NCBI GenBank assembly: GCA_045837725.1
Contig: JBEWZL010000236.1
Coordinates: 186,001 to 250,000 of the forward strand
Direction: 5' to 3'
Source: Vermamoeba vermiformis
Taxonomy: Eukaryota
Length of the DNA: 64,000 bases
Shown: one piece after another, positions 1-11,736 of the stretch
Layout of the letters: the number at the start of each line of letters is the position of its first letter
Numbering within the stretch: position 1 is the first letter of the stretch
Notes under the pieces: model-generated
Seen by the model: the letters and a program-made list of their open reading frames with translations, nothing else
Database searches by the model: none
What the model was told of the DNA's origin: nothing
Made by a program: the position numbers and the translations under genes

Positions 1-77
1 ATAGCTCCTATAGTCGAATAAGACATAGTTGTGGTTGTCTTGGCAGGTTTGAATTTTGATTTATTTTCATTTTTTTG

Positions 78-1504
78 TTATTGACCCAGCACGATAGATC
101 TGATTTGTTCTATAATCTTCAAGTGCACATCTAAGGCTAGACCATCAACTGAAGCTTCGTTCTTTTGCGTGCACCCATCGACAGCACCTATGTAGCAGTA
201 AGTATTTTGTTCATGAACAACGCACTGTAAATTGCCGCTTACCAGCCGCTACAATTGCATCAAGTAATTTAACTTCTTTTTCACTTGAAGGGAGCAATGA
301 GCCTAATTTGTCGCTTGGCACATCTAGAACGCGTTTGTTATCAACGGAAGGATCAATTACCATAAAAGGAAATAGCGTACCTTGGTGCTGCTCTTGGTAC
401 AACACTGCCAAGGCACCTGCTAGTGCATAGCCTGCAATGAATGAGTGTAAGTGACATGACACGTGTCACATGTCAAACATTAAGCGCACACGCACCTCCC
501 CAATTTGACACGCCGCACGTGATCAGATAATCAGTCGCGACGACAGTGCCAATTTTATCACCGTGCGGAATGAACAGCTTGACTGCCTCGTGCACTTTGC
601 CCTGGGAAATGTCAATTGATATTACACCGACTGATAGTGCCTGATTCTTACCATGCCTATCTCGTTGCCTCCTACATGTCATAATAACAATTGTTAATAT
701 GCAGTCTTGTCTACGGGTCTAACAAGCACTCACCATCGCCAATGCCAATCGTCTTGATTCCAAGCTCAGGATAGAGTTGTGCAGTCAAAAACAACTTGTC
801 AATCTTCGCGGTGTATTCACTGATGTTCATGCCTCTATTATAATCAAGTACATCAGTATTGTTGTTTGATCTAGAAAGTCAAAGTCACGTGCCTCATGTT
901 GTAGTAGTTTCCATCGCTAGCTGCTCCCAATCGTTCAATAGAGACCAAGCAATCAATTTTCTGATGGTGATGACGTCCATCCATATTTAATAATGTATCA
1001 ATAAACGGCTGTTCGTTCTCCATTGGGAATACAATCACGGGATCTATTTTGAGGCCACTTTCATTAACGCACTTTTGAAGCACTTCTTGATTTCGAACGT
1101 CTGTCAGTAATTGAACGTTCTTTCCGAGTACTTTTAACGCTTTAGCACTAATAAAACGGAATTAGAATATTGTACGTGAATTAAAAACAGATCCACCTGA
1201 GCGGAGTTCGACAACAATTTCGGAAAAATATTTTGCTTACATAGCAACAGCCCCTAATGGTCCGTCAGTTTCAGGATGGCCGCATTGAAAAATAAAAAAT
1301 CCGGTGACGATTAAAATATTTTTTGCTTCGAGCAATACTTTGGCAGCCCCTTCTACCTCACCAGTGAGGCTAATTTTGCCAATTCCTCTATTGCCTACAT
1401 TTTTGTTGATTAATTAAATGATAGTGGAGTCAGGAAAGCTTACCGATATCATTTTGGATCAAGGTTTCGATGTCTTTGATTTTCTTGTTCACTGTTGCGG
1501 TCAT
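78..1504 (-). CDS. DUF4392 / D-glutamate cyclase-like protein (multi-exon)
   Basis: Spliced exons give GNRGIGKL, PETDGPLGA, IERLGAASDGNYYNMR, IGIGDG, TDYLITCGVSNWGGYAL and DGCTQKNEASVDGL; GT-AG introns. Confidence 0.8.
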
Positions 1505-1606
1505 TCTGCTAAATTAACTTAGGTATGATGCAATATGTGTTGTTAATACGATTGTGCTTCACTTAATTTGAATGAAATCATTGATTGAAATGTCACAGAA
1601 TGACAT

Positions 1607-2833
1607 TCAGTCGCGGTGCTGTTTATTCAACAATGACAATCGATATTTGAGCGCATCTTTCTTCGAATACTTAGTCGCTGCAATGCCCATGTGTTGCGCC
1701 ACTAAGTGTTGTACACGGTTGGCAAATTGATCCGGATCCTCGGTCTCCTTCTTCTCCTGTTAGACGTATCAGCTACTATTATATAATTTAATATCCGATA
1801 CTTGCCTGAGGAGCTAACAATTCAATGTTGTAAATGTACAGTGGACTGAAGAACATCCACACAATCTCCTTGAATATCGATGAGCCCAACTTGCCCGGCA
1901 CGAGAGGCAGGCCCAACACATTGACTTTCAACGCGACAGGCAGCACAGTGAGGCCGAGTGAAAACAAGAACTTTTGATAGATCAGCAGCCCTATGCCATT
2001 CGTGTCCCAGCCTTCAGGGAAGTATACGAGCGGTCTTTTGCTTTGATTCAAGTGTTGCACGATGAATTCGCGCTGTTGTTGGCGCTTGTACTCTGTCGTT
2101 CATCATTAGCACGCCATTACATACAAAAAATTTTTGTCGTACCTTCGTGATGCGAATCGATCTTAATCGTGCCCATGATATTCGCCACAAAATCAATGAA
2201 CTTGCGCGAGATGACGTGTCCGTCAAAGAATCCACGGTCAATGAGCACATCGAGCGGTGGGTACAGCAGAAATGGAATGACATCTTGCTTGTGTCAGTCA
2301 CAGAGGAATGTTATTCAAGAGTGGCACGTACCAAAAGCAGTTCGATGATTAGAAGCCACTATGTACGGCTTCTTTAATGTCTTCAAAGTGTCACCGTTCT
2401 TAAACCTATCGTACGTTGTCAGATCCGAAAGCGATTTTCTACCGAACTGTTGTAATGGACTTCACATTACCTGCAATATAGACCAAACATTGCCAATATT
2501 ATTTTGCATATTCTTTGATGAAAGACAATGTCTACAAGGTTAGTGGTTAGCAAAATGCACGAGTGACAGTTTCATACTTGCATACCGGTGACGGGGATAC
2601 GGAGGGCGGTGCCAATAAATAAAATAGATAATAATATCGATAATAATACAAAGCGGGCGATTAATAAAGTGACGCCAACCGGAATATAATACAGAAGGAT
2701 CAAGCCCCGCCAAAAATTCAAAGGCTATTTGAATAATTAGTACCCAGGTGAGTTAAAATAAATGCAAATATAATTTTAAAAATAGAAAGAATATTATTAA
2801 AGACTTCTGGTGTAATAAATCTCACCTTAACAT
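1607..2833 (-). CDS. Lysophospholipid acyltransferase-family (AUP1-like) membrane protein, multi-exon
   Basis: ANHLTL, PLVYFPEGWDTNG, VLPVAL and FANRVQHLVAQHMGI motifs typical of PlsC-type/AUP1 proteins. Confidence 0.7.
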
Positions 2834-3074
2834 GGCTCGTAAAAAACAGATCTTGCAGTTGGCGTACGTCTGTCATTTTAAAGCGTGGCGATCATCAACA
2901 AATAATGTCTAACTATGTACATACACAAGAAGTAGTGATAACACTAAAATTTATTTTTGGTTCTAATGAATTGACAACACGTGTCCTAACAAACTAGGTG
3001 CAAGTTATTTTGTTGTTTAAGAAGAGTTAATGAGAGACAAGGTGTTTAGTCGCTCATGTGGACTGTTGGGGCGT

Positions 3075-4492
3075 TTAGAACGACAAGTCGTAGTCATCGC
3101 CGTCATCTTCTTCGACGTCAACGTTAGTATCTTGTTCGTCCATCGCAGTCAAGTCGAGCTTGTAGCGCAACAGACCGCCAAGGCCGCCAAGACCCTTCGT
3201 GAACTGGTCTCCGAGGGGCGAGTTGTCGCTGACGAGCTCAATCTTCGCACCGAAGTTGTGATAAGAGTCCATGAGCCAGTCCAACAAAGCACCTTCTTCT
3301 TCGACTTCCCAGTCAGCGTTGTCAGTGTTCTCAGTGTTGTTGTTGTTGTTCGTCGTGTCGGGATTGACGCACACGACACGAGTTTCACCGTTGGATTTGT
3401 TCTTGAGCTTGCGGCGGATGGTCGGCAAGTTGTCCCACACGATCAAGGTCTCAACAATACCGCTCTCAAGGGCCATCAAAGTGTCACGAGCACCAATGCA
3501 GTAGGGACCATCAGTGGCAATGGTCTCCATGAACTTGGAAAGCAGTTCTTTCTCGCGCACGAGCTTGACGCCCTTGAGCACGTCACTCGCGAGTTGGATC
3601 GTCTCGTTGAGTCCTGTCTCGCCATTGTATTGAATGTCGAGCACTTTGATCACCTTAGACTGAATGCGCTTGTCGAGGTACTGGGACTTGACGAACTCGC
3701 GCTTGAGGTCTCCAAAGCCTGCGACGATGAGGCCCTCGACGTTGGTCTTGTTGGTAGCAGGGTCGATGAAGTGCTTCACCGCTGCTTCGATCACGTCCTT
3801 CACGTACCAATCGCGCTTTTCTTCGCGAATTCGACGGAAGCGGTCGTGAGATTGACCTCCACGGCCGTGCTTCTTAGGCAGACTGACGTCCCACTTGACG
3901 AGAGTTTCGCGCGTGTCGCCGCAAATGACGTGCATGCTACACCCAGAACCATCCATTAGAATGATGCCAAAGCGTGCGTTGTCCTCCAACTGAGACTTAA
4001 GCGTCTCCGTGTGGAATTTGCTACCACAAAAGTAGAGATTGTGGGTTGTAGGCTTCAGAGGCTCCAAGGCAACGTTGATCCACTTGGATTTGCCAGCTTC
4101 GGTCGTATAATTGCCACAAAAGATGGCAAGTCCATTCGGAGGTGGCGCCTTATAGTATTTCAACTAAAATAAAATAATCAGTCACTGCGTAATTATTATT
4201 CGAATTACTAATTATTTAATAAAATCAAATTAAATTATCCGAGATGCTTACCTTTGCCAGGATGGACCGAATTGCATCCTGGACTGACTGCCTGTTAAAG
4301 ACGCGACTTGATGTTGTCAGCGGCGCCGTATTCGGAATTCAACTTGGTGGCCACCTTGCTGATCGAGCCACCGGCAGGGATGATAATCGAAAGCATGCTT
4401 GTGCCGCTTCCTTCCACGTTCTCAATGTCGTTGAGTAATCGTTTCAGGCGGAGTTTTTCTACTTCAGCGTTGCGAATAACAGATGAGGTCAT
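3075..4492 (-). CDS. ETF1: Eukaryotic release factor 1 (divergent eRF1). ORF1 4492-4298, +1 frameshift at CTT-TAA (4300-4295), shifted frame 4296-4252, intron 4251-4164, exon 2 4163-3075; 442 aa if shifted
   Basis: GTS (GSGTSMLSIIIP), NIKS (GAADNIKSRL), PPNGLAIFCG, YFCGSKF (YxCxxxF), KKHGRGGQS and QFTKGLGGLGGLLRYK. The frame is restored by skipping one nucleotide. Confidence 0.93.
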
Positions 4493-4680
4493 TTTCAGGT
4501 TTAGTTGTTGCGTTTGGTAGCTTTTGTAAAGCTTGAGGTTTGGTTGTTGCTTTGTATGAGCAGTTGGAAAAGGAAAAATGAAGAAGAAACTGTTTTTGTC
4601 CCTGCCTTTCTGCCCTATTTCTCAAAAGCAAAAACCAGCGTTCACTGAATTCCAACTATTTTCACGTGCGAGATATTTAC

Positions 4681-5170
4681 TTATATAGATACACTAGTTG
4701 GCAGCGACGATTCGGTCGAGTTCTTTTTCATTTCAAACACGAGAATTTGCAACAGTGAAATCGTGAGTGTAGTGTCCATCAGAAAGTTGTAGGCGAGCCA
4801 TACGTAAGGGGAACCGGGTATATCGGGGACAAAAGGAGGGCCACAACAACATCCAGAAGAAATACAAGCCAATGCTAGCATTTAGTAAAAATGAGCCAAG
4901 TCATCTGTTGGGCACTGTGTCAGATCCGTCAACTAGAGAGGACTACAACTTACTCTATACAACAGAGCCTTGCCTCGACTATTTAAGGTCGTCGAGGCCT
5001 TAATGCGCTTCAATAATTTTGCCCCAACGACCAAGTAGAATATCGACATGCCCGCTGCAATTGCCGCGTACACAGCGGCCGACATGATCAAACCAGCACT
5101 CCACCACACATTTTTCACCACTTTCACGATCATAGGCTCCTTGTTGATGTGCTTCTGCTGGTAACTAATC
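4681..5170 (-). pseudogene. 3' fragment of a multi-pass membrane (7TM-like) gene, apparently frameshifted and 5'-truncated
   Basis: Hydrophobic helices (AAVYAAIAAGMSIFYLVVGAKLLKRI; YVWLAYNFLMDTTLTISLLQILVF) and one intron. After the acceptor the helical reading needs two frame changes. No upstream exons or start codon found. Confidence 0.45.
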
Positions 5171-5484
5171 TACTGTAGAGGTTGGTATTCTAACACCACT
5201 TATAGGCTAACAAATAATCCACTTGAACTGAGAGGTAGATAGTAGGCCTGTGGTAGAACAGACAGTAAAAACCGCACGAAAACGATATTTCGCTCTGCTC
5301 GCCGTCATTCCGCTGTCTCTTTAACACGTTATTTCTGATCCAATCCGGCTACGCAAATTGGAAATATTGACCTGGTTATAATTATAATATTATTTTGGTA
5401 CCAAGTACGGTGATCAAAAATAAACGTTACTTTATATCATACAATACGTAAAACATATACACAAAACCAGTTCGCATCAGCGGC

Positions 5485-6240
5485 TTAGCCGATCGAGATG
5501 AATGACTTGAATTGACCACGCTGGTCGGCGACGGTTCCGTTGAAAGCAGTACCATAGAATGCGGCTAATGCGGCAAGTTGTGCTAGAGTTAAAGCGTCTG
5601 CCGCTACCAACGTTGGCGGGAAAAAAACCACCGGATTTGCAGCTTGTGGCAATAAACCCACTAGTTCGAGTATATTAGGTTCTACCATTAATCAAGCAAT
5701 AATGAAGTTAAACTCACTGTTGGGTCCAGCTACAGTCGAGGGCAAAGGGTACAGGACGCCTCGAGAAACGCTGATTGCATGTGCATTCCTTGCCCGTAAG
5801 GAAGGCAACTGAAGGCTGACCTGTAGGAGGGTTTGCATAGCCTGCTGGTTGTTTTGCACAACCTGCAGGGCGTTTTGCACAGCCTGCTGGTTGTTTTGCA
5901 CAACCTGCAGGGTATTTTGTATGGCGTTTATCTGCGCTAAAAGTTGCTGGCCCCAGAGGGGAGCTCCGGCTCCTGGATACGTCTGCTCGGCAGCTAAAAT
6001 TGTTAGTTGATGGAAGCGGATGTTATAACAGAAGATATTATATTACCTGCATTCTGTACAGCTGTTTTTCTTTTACTGACGGAGACGTACTCCGCATCAG
6101 TGACCAAATTCCCGTTAGCCGCTGACAAAAATTAACTTAATATTATCTCAATTGCTAAAATTAATCTGTTCTCGTATTAATTATTGTTAGTAATGTACCC
6201 GTTTATTTCTATTTTTACCGCGCGTGCGCGGAATTTATTG
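5485..6240 (-). CDS. Mug135-like coiled-coil protein (start not resolved)
   Basis: APLWGQQLLAQINAIQN, a Q/N heptad repeat, RARNAHA...LYPLP and FFPPTL...LAALAAFYG resemble fungal-type Mug135-like proteins; introns present. Confidence 0.5.
5839..5912. repeat. 42-bp-period tandem duplication in coding sequence
   Basis: agcctgctggttgttttgcacaacctgcaggg occurs at 5839 and 5881 and encodes LQVVQNNQQA twice. Confidence 0.9.
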
Positions 6241-6434
6241 TACAACAACTTATAAATAGTTGGTGTTGTATATTGGGTGAGTTCATAACCCCAATATACC
6301 TACTGACTACAGGCTAATCAAACTTACAGTGCTTAGTAATAACCGTTGATGACGTCATCAGTCTTGGTTGTAACTTTTTGAAAATGTGCTGCGCAATCAA
6401 TTTCTATTTGTTTTGAATGGAACAGCACGTCTAA

Positions 6435-9400
6435 ATGGGTCGCTATCATTTCGAAGGCTTGTCCTCCTCTGAGGTATTAAAGTCTAGAGAAATATCAGGC
6501 TCTAATGAGCTGGACCCACCCAAAATTGAAACTTTTTGGGAGAAGTTGCTCGATAATTTTCAAGATCCGCTCATCAAAATTCTATGCGTGGCCTTAGCTA
6601 TTACGGGCATATTGGCATTCCTCGGATTTGCAAACTGGCTTGAAGGAATTGGAATTGCCATGGCTGTGTTTTTAGCAACGTTTGTCAGCACTTATTCAGA
6701 ATTTAAAAACGAAGCTTCATTTCAAGATCTGCAGAAAAAAGCAAGCGCAATAACATGCACTGTCTATAGGTAAATTTTTAAAAATGTCTAGAGCAATTAT
6801 AAAGGTCTCATAATTAAGATAAATATTCATGAAATTTTTTTAGACGTTTTTTTAATTTTCCGTTTATTTTTCAGGAACGGTGGTCACCTCCTAGAAATCC
6901 AATCAAGTGATATTGTCGTTGGCGATTATGTTTTGTTGCAATCTGGAGACCGTATTCCTGCCGATGGACGACTTGTAGCAGGAGAATTATTGGTAAAGTT
7001 CAAAAATTGACAATAATCCTCTAAAAAATGTGCACATACACTTGCTATTAATTCGCGTTATTTAACTAATCGCTCGATGATTTCATAATAATTTAAAATT
7101 CGAAAACGCGGAAGATCCTAACGTCGAACTCTACTCCAGGTTAACAACGCGGTATTAAACGGCGAATATGCCTCGAAGAAGAAGCTCGTTACTCCACCTC
7201 ATTATGTACCTCTGGATCAGCATGACTTCGCGGATCCTTACCTTGTGTTTCGTGGTGCTGTTGTAGGCACGTATCAAAACACTCTCGAGCTGCACTATTA
7301 CATAAGAGCTAATATTATTAAATACAGACGACGGAGAAGCAGTGTTGCTCGTAGAGTCAGTCGGCAAGTCTACTGTCTACGGTCAACTCGCTGCAGAACT
7401 CTGCGCACAACTTGAAGACAGAGAGTCCCCGCTGCAATTTAAATTGAACGTGCTCGCTGAACAGATTAGCAAATTGGGCTATATAATGGCCACATTTATT
7501 GCCGTGTCATATCTCTTCAAGCAAATTGTCATGGACAACCACTGGAGCTGGACTGAAATCTCCACGTAAGATGAATTAGTAGTTTCTAGTATTAACGACT
7601 AATGCTTGATTGTTTTGCAGTTATTTGACGAAGTTACCACTGTTGATTCACGATGTGGTGACGTCAGCAATTTTAGCCATTATCATTATTGTCGTCGCTG
7701 TGCCGGAGGGTCTTCCGATGATGATTGCAATTGTTCTATCGCTCAATATGCGCCGCTTGTTAAAGGTACAGTCGCTTCATAGACTTGTCAAAATGAGACT
7801 AATCTATTTTAGGCACGAGTTCTTGTTCGAAAGTTGCTCGGAATTGAAACAGCAGGATCAATGTCGCTCTTATTCGCAGACAAGACTGGCACCATGACTA
7901 AAGGACGATTTGAGCCGTGTTCATTTATCTCAGGCTATTGTGACTCTTACGCGTACGTGTCACACTTAAACCATTCATTTTTGCTAACAACGATCAACTT
8001 CAGTCGGTTCCATGACATGCCCAAAGACTTGGCAGAAATTCTTGCAACAGCCCTGAAGGAGTCAGCGAGTTCAGTGATCAATGTGGACACTGGAGATATT
8101 GTCGGCGGCAATGCATCGGACAAGGCACTATTGTCATTTTTGGATCGCGAGTCACTCGTTGCACCCACTGAAGTGACAGTTGAAAGACAAATTCTCTTCA
8201 ACAGCGAGCGAAAATTTTCAGCTTCTCAAGTCTTGTTCAATAACAAGTCACGCAGAGCTCAAAAATTCTTCTCAGCAAGTGATTTCGATCACCATCAGCG
8301 CATTGTTTTCATCAAAGGCGCACCTGACATTTTGCTGCCCAAATGCAAAAATTACTACGACCATAACGGTGCTGTAGTGCCTTTTGGCAGCATGACACCA
8401 ATCTTGGAACAAATTGATATGGCTTCGTGCAAGGGCCAGCGCCTGATTGCTGTGGGAACTTATCGCCAACCGATTCAAGACGAGCACACAAACGAACCAC
8501 CCGCTTCAATTGATCTGATTGGCGTGATTGGTGTGTTGGATCAAATTCGACCAAGCACGAAGAGTGCAGTGATTGAACTGCAGCACGCAGGTGTGCAAAC
8601 AGTGATGGTGACAGGTGACAAGCTTGAGACTGCGGCTGCTATGGCCGTTGAAGCGGCACTTATTGAGCCTGGAGACGTGCGCAGAAATGACGTCATTATC
8701 ACCTCGCTCGATCTCAAGCGCATGTCCGATGAACAGATCAAATCACTGCTGCCTTCACTACGCGTCGTTGCACGTGCATTGCCAACGGATAAGAGTCGCT
8801 TGGTCTCCATCGCACAACAAATGGGCTTTGTAGTGGGCATGACTGGTGACGGCATCAATGACAGTGCTGCTCTTCGTCGTTCAGACGTCGGATTTGCCAT
8901 GGGCTCAGGTGCTGAAGTGGCCAAAGAAGTCGCTGACATTGTCATTCTCGGTAAGTCCTCTCTATATAACTGCGGCAAATATCTATTAACACGCCCTAGA
9001 CGACAACTTTGCTTCAATTACAAAGGCCGTTTTGTATGGCAGAACGATTTTCAAGTCCATCAGAAAGTTCATTGTGTTCCAATCGACGATCAACTTGGCC
9101 TCAACTTTCATCGTATTCTTTGGCCCGTTCTTGGGTTTTGACTTCCCACTGACACTGTACGTATATATGCCTCTAAGCTCACTGTCAATGTTTCTAACAC
9201 TACAATAGGACACAACTTTTGTGGGTCAATTTGGTGATGGACACCCTCGCAGCATTAGCCTTTGGTGGCGAAGTACCTCTTGAATCGTAAGTGTTCCAAG
9301 TCTCTTGCACCACTGTCTAACGCAAAAGCAGCACTATGACGGAGAAACCAATCAAAAGAGAAGATCCAATCATTGATATTCCAATGTGGTCCTCGATTCT

Positions 9401-10080
9401 CATTGGTGGTATTCACATTGCCTTGCTCTCCATCATATTTTTGACCTCTAACTACATTGCGGTAAGTTCTAACCTCGTGTTTGCAACTGCGACTAACCTT
9501 CAATACTAGGATACTTTCGTTCGCGGAGGAAATCACGCGGAGGATGTGTTCTTGACAGCTTTCTTTTGCTTCTTCATCTACAGTGCCACTTTCAACGCTT
9601 TCAATGTCAGGTAAGCGACGGACTGCTCTCTTCCCTTTAACAATGGGGTTGTAAATTTTGGAATACGACGGATCAACAAGCGCTCGTGGCTCAAGTGGTA
9701 GAGTGTCTGGCTACGAACCAGGAGGCTGCGGGTTCAAGTCCCGTCGGGCGCAATTTCTTTTTTGCTTTTTACTATTTTGAACCCCCGATTAACAAACCCT
9801 TCTTAGAACGCCCAGTATGAACTTGCTCGAGAATGTGCTACAAAACAGGAACTTTGTTGCTGTGGTTGGATTTATTATGTTTGTTCAATGGATCATGACT
9901 TATGTCGGTGGATCCGTGCTTCGTACAGTCCCGTTGACAGCCCACGAGTGGTTCTTCACCCTATTTTTGTCCTCTACGGTCATACCAGTAGACTTGTTCC
10001 GCAAGTACTTCGTTTTGCCAAGGATCCTGCGGAGTTTCACTTTCACAAACAGAAGACATGAAGGATTTTCAATGGTTTAA
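6435..10080 (+). CDS. P-type (P2) Ca2+-transporting ATPase, multi-exon
   Basis: GDRIPADG, VAVPEGLP, DKTGT phosphorylation site, KGAPD, MVTGD, GMTGDGINDS and QLLWVNLVMDTLAALA. Confidence 0.95.
9680..9752 (+). tRNA. tRNA-Arg(ACG), in last intron (9611-9806) of the Ca-ATPase gene
   Basis: GCGCTCG/CGGGCGC acceptor stem, TGGCTCAAGTGG A-box, anticodon loop CT-ACG-AA, GGTTCAAGTCC B-box and a downstream T-run. Confidence 0.95.
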
Positions 10081-10135
10081 ACCACACAAACACCTGTAAA
10101 TAAACTTCGCGACTATGTACATTTTTACAACAAAA

Positions 10136-11388
10136 TTACAGTCTGATAATAACAGGTTTTAAGGCTTCTTGACGCTTTCGCAACAGCTGCCCTAATGTCC
10201 TTTCGATATCAGGCGGAATTTGATGAGGCTGCCCATCCATCTACAAAAAGAATAATCAGCGCAGTTCTTTGCCAAAGCAGTACATGGAAAGCGTAACGAG
10301 CAAAAAAGAAATGGTTCCGCCCGGACTCGAACCGGGGACCTACTGCGTGTGAGGCAGACGTGATAACCAACTACACCACGAAACCTTGTTATTTTCTCAC
10401 CCCAATTTTTTGGGGTCACACCAGTTCGGCTACGTACCTGTATATTCTGCAACAAAACCATTATTTCGCGGTCTAGCTTTGATACAATCCTATAAGGCCA
10501 CTTGCGCTGTTTCACGGCATCTTTCCACCTCTTCGATAATGTACTGGTTGGTATTCCAAGTCTGTTTGCTGCGTCTTTCTGTGGCATATTGAGGTAAGGA
10601 GTGACATCGAGATATTGCTCGTTCTTCGTGTTGTTATAAAATGAGTTCGGTATCTCAGCTGAAGCTCGTGGCAGGTCCGAAGCTCTGTACCAAGTAGTCC
10701 CTCCCGAGTTGTTATTATTGTTGTTACTCTTTGTATTTGTGTTGGACGTATTTGCGCTGCTAGATGATAGACTCACAGGCTCGCTCGATGTGTTGTTTAA
10801 AAATGACAAAACTGGTGAACTATCCGCGTTGAATGAATTTGACCTGATAATCTCTTTTAGCTGGTTGTGAATATCAGCCGATGAATTGTAGTTAGCCAAT
10901 TGATGCGGTGACTCGATGAGCTCTCCGTCGTCATTTGGAATAAACGAATTGGGTTCATCCTCGCCAACGGTGAATATATGTTCATCTGTCACTGGAACGT
11001 CGTGATAAGCCGATGTGATGTCATCAATATAGCTGAGACTATTTTCATCGTCCTCTAGTCCGCTCAGTGAAGCAAAATTGTCTGACGGTTCGATGGGATC
11101 TGCCACTGGGAGCAAATTATTGTTGTTCAAAGGTGTAATTAACGTGCTGCTGACGTTTGGTATATTGTCTGTATTATCCGCGGTAATATAAGAACTGTGT
11201 CCATTCACATAATTATTGACGCCATTCGAATTCAAAGAATTGGTATGTTGGTGCGTGACTCCTAGGGCTCCTTCAGCTTCTTCTACTACCTTTCTAAGCT
11301 CCTCTTGTTGCTTAAAAAAATTCAATATGCTTTGTGGTATAATTACTTTGGTAAATGGCACGCTGTTAGAGCTGGCCAATTGCTCCAT
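10136..11388 (-). CDS. RWP-RK domain transcription factor (coding intron 10241-10437, plus a 5'-UTR intron)
   Basis: YLNMPQKDAANRLGIPTSTLSKRWKDAVKQRKWPYRIV. Last exon MDGQPHQIPPDIERTLGQLLRKRQEALKPVIIRL*. N/S-rich low-complexity N-terminus. Confidence 0.88.
10312..10385 (-). tRNA. tRNA-Val(CAC), in last intron of the RWP-RK gene
   Basis: Reverse complement GGTTTCGTGGTGTAGTTGGTTATCACGTCTGCCTCACACGCAGTAGGTCCCCGGTTCGAGTCCGGGCGGAACCA, followed by a T-run. Confidence 0.95.
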
Positions 11389-11736
11389 CTGAAAAATTAA
11401 AAATTAATTTGACATGTTAGATAAATGCAATAAATGCGTTAATTGCTTAATATGTGCCTCTAAATTGCTAGAAAATACTTCTATTGATAAAAAGAATTGT
11501 CCGATTGAAGTTTGACAAGCTTTTCGGTAGCGAACTTTGCAAAAAGCTAAAGTAGTGCCGAAAATTACCACCTACCTTGCCTGCCAAATGCCAATATGCT
11601 GACTTCTCAACCACAATAAGTTTTCTCGTGGATCTGTGGTCTTGGAGATAAAACGAATAAATTTTGCAACCAAAGGCACTCTTTTGGTCGGGCGACCTGC
11701 GAATTTGAGAAAAAAGTTAGTTTTTTATTATAAACG

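Noticed and set aside
3030-3959. 309-aa + strand ORF
   Set aside because: Antisense shadow of the codon-biased eRF1 exon 2; no motifs of its own.
4295-4297. TAA in eRF1 read as a reassigned sense codon or simple readthrough
   Set aside because: TAA ends many genes in this window, and frame 0 beyond it is not eRF1-like and stops again just after the splice. Only a +1 shift restores homology.
4252-4300. A tiny intron removing the eRF1 stop
   Set aside because: Homology is colinear on both sides with exactly one extra base, leaving no room for a GT-AG intron.
10192-10437. C-terminal extension of the 398-aa RWP-RK ORF in the ORF track
   Set aside because: It reads through an intron containing tRNA-Val; the true last exon is 10240-10136.
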